IMG/VR virus record: IMGVR_UViG_2823577039_000003 | Strand: one strand, 5' to 3' | Source of the DNA: an uncultured virus (IMG/VR IMGVR_UViG_2823577039_000003) | Lineage: Duplodnaviria; Heunggongvirae; Uroviricota; Caudoviricetes | Length of the DNA stretch: 20,000 bases | Part shown: in pieces, positions 16,896 to 20,000 of the stretch | Layout: the number at the start of each line of letters is the position of its first letter | How positions within the stretch are numbered: the stretch's first letter is position 1 | Notes under the pieces: generated by a model | The model's database searches: none | Seen by the model: only the letters and a program-made list of their open reading frames with translations | Told to the model about the DNA's origin: nothing | Program-made: the position numbers and the translations under genes

Positions 16896-16904
16896 CTATT
16901 TATA
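16896..16904 (-). promoter_or_regulatory. TATA box TATAAATAG with a ~55-nt leader
   Basis: Exact consensus, but 75 nt from ATG at 16820. Confidence 0.75.
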
Positions 16905-16921
16905 GTTTATGCGCTCGTGAG

Positions 16922-17317
16922 TCAATCGTTTTCACGCTCTTCGGCGTGGTGTTCGGCATGACAATTACCACACAAGAGTTCTAAAGTATGTAATTTATTT
17001 TTTAAATCTTTCCAAGGATAATCGGTGATTCCTCGTTGGAACCTGATGCCACTACCTCCTTGAGAGCCACCTCTTACATCGCCCCAAGGTCGCTTGTAAG
17101 ATGGATCGGTGTGATGACAATGCAAATTAGCACCAGAATAATCGCATTTCTTACATTTACCCCCTAATTGTTCCAATAACCATGCTCTTTTTGCCAAACG
17201 AAGTGCTCGTTTGTTAGAAACATTGTTAGCAATAATATCGTCACGATTTCTCTCGTAGTATTTCTTTTGATACTTCTTTTGATATTGTTTGCGTTTTTCA
17301 GGGTCTTTAAATGGCAA
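16922..17317 (-). CDS. HNH endonuclease with Zn-binding CxxC pairs (131 aa)
   Basis: CKKC...LHCHHTDP...ELLCGNCHAEHH; basic N-terminal helix PFKDPEKRKQYQKKY; likely TTG start at 17317 after an AAGGTG SD. Confidence 0.88.
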   Translation of the reverse strand: MPFKDPEKRKQYQKKYQKKYYERNRDDIIANNVSNKRALRLAKRAWLLEQLGGKCKKCDYSGANLHCHHTDPSYKRPWGDVRGGSQGGSGIRFQRGITDYPWKDLKNKLHTLELLCGNCHAEHHAEEREND

Positions 17318-17328
17318 GTTAAGCACCT

Positions 17329-17643
17329 TCAGGCATTGTCTTCTGTAAAATCGGAATCAAAATCTTCGTCTTCATCAGATACATTAATGCTTGCATCTTC
17401 GCTTTCTGGCTCATCGCCTAAGATTCGCTCTACGGTAATACGATATGTTTTACCATTTCTTTTAACTACTTTAGTAGAAACAACTGTAGTTTTTGGCTGC
17501 TTAACAGGAACAGCCTCATCCAGTGCGTCATTCATCATCTTATTCATTTCTCTTAACATATCTAAATACCAATTGTCACCATTACGATTAATATAATGAC
17601 GGTTATAGGTATTGTTTCCAAAGAACTCGTCCCAGATTGTCAT
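17329..17643 (-). CDS. Hypothetical protein (104 aa) with an acidic tail
   Basis: Start revised to MTIWDEFFG (ATG at 17643), 21 nt after TATAAATAG. Confidence 0.82.
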   Translation of the reverse strand: MTIWDEFFGNNTYNRHYINRNGDNWYLDMLREMNKMMNDALDEAVPVKQPKTTVVSTKVVKRNGKTYRITVERILGDEPESEDASINVSDEDEDFDSDFTEDNA

Positions 17644-17664
17644 ACCTAATCGTGGTGGGTGCAC

Positions 17665-17673
17665 CTATTTATA
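17665..17673 (-). promoter_or_regulatory. TATA box TATAAATAG
   Basis: ctatttata on +; 21 nt from ATG at 17643. Confidence 0.85.
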
Positions 17674-17678
17674 GGTTT

Positions 17679-17957
17679 CTACCGCTTAGTTTCATTCTGC
17701 ATGGCCTGTTTTAATCCGGGAACGTGCCATGGATCTTTGACAGTAAATGCTTCTTTAAGGAACTTAGGTTTAGGCCCACCCATTTTGGAATCGGAGCCAA
17801 TTTTTTGTCCGCCTCGTCCCGGTTTGGTTTGAGCCAGATGATTTTTTATAATTTCTTCATCTGTGATTTGGGGCTTTAATTGAGGCTCTACAGAAGATGC
17901 CTTGATATGTGCCTTTTCTTGCAGCATGGCTGCAATAATATCATCATTAGATACCAT
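17679..17957 (-). CDS. Hypothetical protein (92 aa)
   Basis: ORF fills the gap; short internal repeat VSNDDII / ITDEEII; variant promoter at 21 nt. Confidence 0.8.
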   Translation of the reverse strand: MVSNDDIIAAMLQEKAHIKASSVEPQLKPQITDEEIIKNHLAQTKPGRGGQKIGSDSKMGGPKPKFLKEAFTVKDPWHVPGLKQAMQNETKR

Positions 17958-17978
17958 AATCTAACTTTATTTTCTTAA

Positions 17979-17987
17979 CTATATGTA
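17979..17987 (-). promoter_or_regulatory. Variant TATA box TACATATAG
   Basis: ctatatgta on +; 21 nt from ATG at 17957. Confidence 0.55.
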
Positions 17988-17995
17988 GTTTCGGG

Positions 17996-19126
17996 TCATT
18001 CATAGTCCCGAATAGCAATACCTACAGGAAACCGGGGTATGCCGTCATTAGTTAATTCTTGATATTTTACAGTCAACAGTTTACCAAAATACTTTTGTCG
18101 GTTGCGGTATTTTTCTCTACGGTCGGCCTGAGTGCCTTTAGGTCGGCACTTGAATCTTTGACCTTTGGAAGTTTCACAAATCCACACCACAGTTCCAATA
18201 TCGTTGCCTTGGCCTTCCAGAGCATCCACAATCTTATATTCGGAATCGTGGAAAACCTTGTGCTTCTGAAGATTATAGGAACGCTTACCTTGTTCATAGG
18301 GTGATTTGATATTGCGGATCATGACTCCTTCATCGCCAGCAGCGAGGAACTTAGATAACAAAGCGTTGATATCGCTGTCATTGTCTACACGATAACAAGG
18401 AACCATAGTAAGTGTGCCAGTAGTATCTTTATCTACATATTGTTTAGCCTTTTTCCATCGCTGAAGAAAAGTCATATCAGGATTAGCCATATCCATAGCA
18501 TCAAATACATTTAGTTTAACTTTAGCCATGTCATCAATGTCGGTTTGGTTCTTGTAGGTTTTCTTACGAACTAATCCTACTACTCGCTGGAAATCCATTT
18601 GGTCTGAATAGAGTTCGCCATCTAAAATAAAAGTTTCAGGAAGTCCGGTGGAAATAACGGCTTTACGAATCTGGTCTAAGAGTTGGAACTCTTTTCCTTT
18701 TCGGGAGAGTAGACTCACACTACCGTCTGATTCCATCTTAGCAGTGCAACGAACACCATCAAGTTTGGGTTGGGCGATAGCAGGGAAGATAATTTTATGT
18801 CCGTGTTTTTCGTAGGGTTGAGCCAACATAGGAACGGGTGCCAGATTAACATTGATACCGTCAGTATTGAAAGTATAGCCTTGGTCTCGGTGTTTATTAA
18901 CTTTGGAATCAAACTCTAAGACGGCTTGTTCCATGGGTGTGCGTCCGGCTTTTCCGTCAACAATAATAACTCCAGCATCTTCAATAATTTTTCCACCTTT
19001 TTGACCGTGTGAGGTCTTGATAGTATAGATACCTTGATCTTCTTCAAGCCAAATAGTCCATTGAACTACATTTTTACTGGCTGTGCGTCTGTAGAAAGTT
19101 TGAGGGATACGAACTATGTTTACCAT
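17996..19126 (-). CDS. lig: ATP-dependent DNA ligase, compact viral type with a WGR-like N-terminal extension (376 aa)
   Basis: PMLA, motif I QPKLDGVR, SRKGK, motif III ILDGELY, IIIa VFDA, IV EGVMIR, V LQKHK, VI IPRFPV; no archaeal DNA-binding domain. Confidence 0.95.
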   Translation of the reverse strand: MVNIVRIPQTFYRRTASKNVVQWTIWLEEDQGIYTIKTSHGQKGGKIIEDAGVIIVDGKAGRTPMEQAVLEFDSKVNKHRDQGYTFNTDGINVNLAPVPMLAQPYEKHGHKIIFPAIAQPKLDGVRCTAKMESDGSVSLLSRKGKEFQLLDQIRKAVISTGLPETFILDGELYSDQMDFQRVVGLVRKKTYKNQTDIDDMAKVKLNVFDAMDMANPDMTFLQRWKKAKQYVDKDTTGTLTMVPCYRVDNDSDINALLSKFLAAGDEGVMIRNIKSPYEQGKRSYNLQKHKVFHDSEYKIVDALEGQGNDIGTVVWICETSKGQRFKCRPKGTQADRREKYRNRQKYFGKLLTVKYQELTNDGIPRFPVGIAIRDYE

Positions 19127-19147
19127 AGTTAGAGTAGGGGTGGCTTC

Positions 19148-19156
19148 CTATTTATA
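19148..19156 (-). promoter_or_regulatory. TATA box TATAAATAG
   Basis: ctatttata on +; 21 nt from ATG at 19126. Confidence 0.85.
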
Positions 19157-19158
19157 CT

Positions 19159-19530
19159 TTAGTCAAGGTAGATAATGGGGCAACACTTACCCATGACATC
19201 TCCAGCATCTGGGAAATCAGTAATTAGAAGAACGTTAGAAGAACCACAATATTTGAAAGCATCAGGAATATTTGTTCCACCAGCAGGCTCAAAGAGTTTC
19301 TCTACTTCTGCACGGCTCATTTTCATAAGCAGATCCATAGTAATGCCTCCACGAACCCGAGAATCAAAAGGAACGATTAGGGTGCGACCATCAATCTTTC
19401 CATCTTTGTGCATATCAAACAACATATCCAAACCTCTTTGTAGTTGAGTCATATTAATTCCATCAGCAGTTTTTATACCAACGGCGGACATACTTCCAGA
19501 GCAATCAAATAATACACAGTCAAAGGACAT
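19159..19530 (-). CDS. Minimal von Willebrand factor A (vWA) domain protein (123 aa)
   Basis: MIDAS residues DCSGS (DxSxS), GGT and LLITD. Confidence 0.85.
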   Translation of the reverse strand: MSFDCVLFDCSGSMSAVGIKTADGINMTQLQRGLDMLFDMHKDGKIDGRTLIVPFDSRVRGGITMDLLMKMSRAEVEKLFEPAGGTNIPDAFKYCGSSNVLLITDFPDAGDVMGKCCPIIYLD

Positions 19531-19547
19531 GTAAATACATTTACATG
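19528..19547. promoter_or_regulatory. Perfect palindrome CATGTAAAT-AC-ATTTACATG over the start site; candidate operator
   Basis: 9-bp arms, 2-nt spacer, between the TATA box and the ATG. Confidence 0.5.
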
Positions 19548-19551
19548 CCGA

Positions 19552-19560
19552 CTACTTATA
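19552..19560 (-). promoter_or_regulatory. TATA box TATAAGTAG
   Basis: ctacttata on +; 21 nt from ATG at 19530. Confidence 0.8.
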
Positions 19561-19621
19561 GTTATCGTCAAGTCTGACGACACTTGGTTTTACGCAAGAA
19601 CTAATTATTACTGTTGTTCAC

Positions 19622-19798
19622 TTAGTTTCTACGGAAAAGGCAACCTGCACCACAAACGAACAGAAGAAGGCCGAGACCCTTCTGAACAAATGGGAAGTCA
19701 AGAGCACTAATGCCCAAAACAGGTTGGCTTTCAGTCATAACCATGTGAAGGCCACCGACAGTAGCAGCCAAACAACAGACACTCATCATTGTATCCAT
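19622..19798 (-). CDS. Small two-TM, Cys-containing membrane protein (58 aa)
   Basis: Hand translation MDTMMSVCCLAATVGGLHMVMTESQPVLGISALDFPFVQKGLGLLLFVCGAGCLFRRN*; consensus promoter at 21 nt. Confidence 0.82.
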   Translation of the reverse strand: MDTMMSVCCLAATVGGLHMVMTESQPVLGISALDFPFVQKGLGLLLFVCGAGCLFRRN

Positions 19799-19819
19799 AA
19801 CAATAGATATGCTTAACGA

Positions 19820-19828
19820 CTATTTATA
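19820..19828 (-). promoter_or_regulatory. TATA box TATAAATAG
   Basis: ctatttata on +; 21 nt from ATG at 19798. Confidence 0.85.
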
Positions 19829-19830
19829 TT

Positions 19831-20000
19831 TTAAGGTCCTAACACTGGAGACATACCTTCGGCTGGTTCGGCATCAACGGCTTCATCTTCGTTCTTTTCT
19901 ATCCAATGAATAAGGTTTTCAGGAACTTCCGTTTCTTCAAAAATGGCTCCTACTGGACACTCGGAAATACAAGCACCGCAATCTATACACTCATCAGGGT
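19831..20000 (-). CDS. fdxA: Ferredoxin, FdxA/7Fe dicluster type, C-terminal part (5' end beyond the window)
   Basis: Hand translation ...[55 protein letters not shown]; CxxCxxCxxxCP plus the EVP..W..N extension. Confidence 0.9.
   Translation of the reverse strand, partial: PDECIDCGACISECPVGAIFEETEVPENLIHWIEKNEDEAVDAEPAEGMSPVLGP

Noticed and set aside
1144..18912. Short minus-strand ORFs nested out of frame in larger genes (e.g. 1144-1416, 4006-4197, 10918-11157, 18073-18297)
   Set aside because: They are contained in or almost wholly overlap well-supported genes and have no independent signals.
266..19447. All plus-strand ORFs in the track
   Set aside because: They are antisense shadows of longer minus-strand genes and lack the promoter or SD signals that mark the real genes.
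1871..19828. TATAAATA read as a T4-like late promoter (bacteriophage origin)
   Set aside because: A fixed 21-nt distance to the ATG without a consistent SD in the spacer, an A-rich BRE-like flank and GGTGA-type SDs at internal cistrons fit archaeal leaderless transcription better.

Overview
A gene-dense, roughly 40% GC segment in which every credible gene (about 28, including several the ORF track misses) lies on the minus strand. The expression signals are archaeal. A TATA box (sense TATAAATAG and variants, with an A-rich BRE-like flank) sits 21 nt before the ATG of most genes, implying leaderless mRNAs. Internal cistrons instead use GGTGA/GGAG ribosome-binding sites or ATGA overlaps. Most proteins are orphans. 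The recognisable ones are a single-domain ArsA/GET3(TRC40)-family ATPase, a viral-type ATP-dependent DNA ligase, an HNH nuclease, a minimal AEP primase-like protein, a double zinc-finger protein, a winged-helix protein, a minimal vWA protein, a secreted Ca-binding (TSP3-like) repeat protein with a Gln/Gly spacer, and a 7Fe-type ferredoxin. The best reading is a large archaeal virus or extrachromosomal element, possibly of marine Thermoplasmatota/Poseidoniales (inference; no capsid, terminase or polymerase hallmark is recognisable in the window). The lead hypothesis is an element-encoded GET3-like membrane-targeting module: the ATPase, a co-transcribed 52-aa membrane protein and an adjacent tail-anchored protein that has no signal peptide. 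Also notable are structured RNA elements flanking the secreted repeat gene, a recurring F/K-x-A-E peptide motif, and ambiguous bases confined almost entirely to third codon positions.
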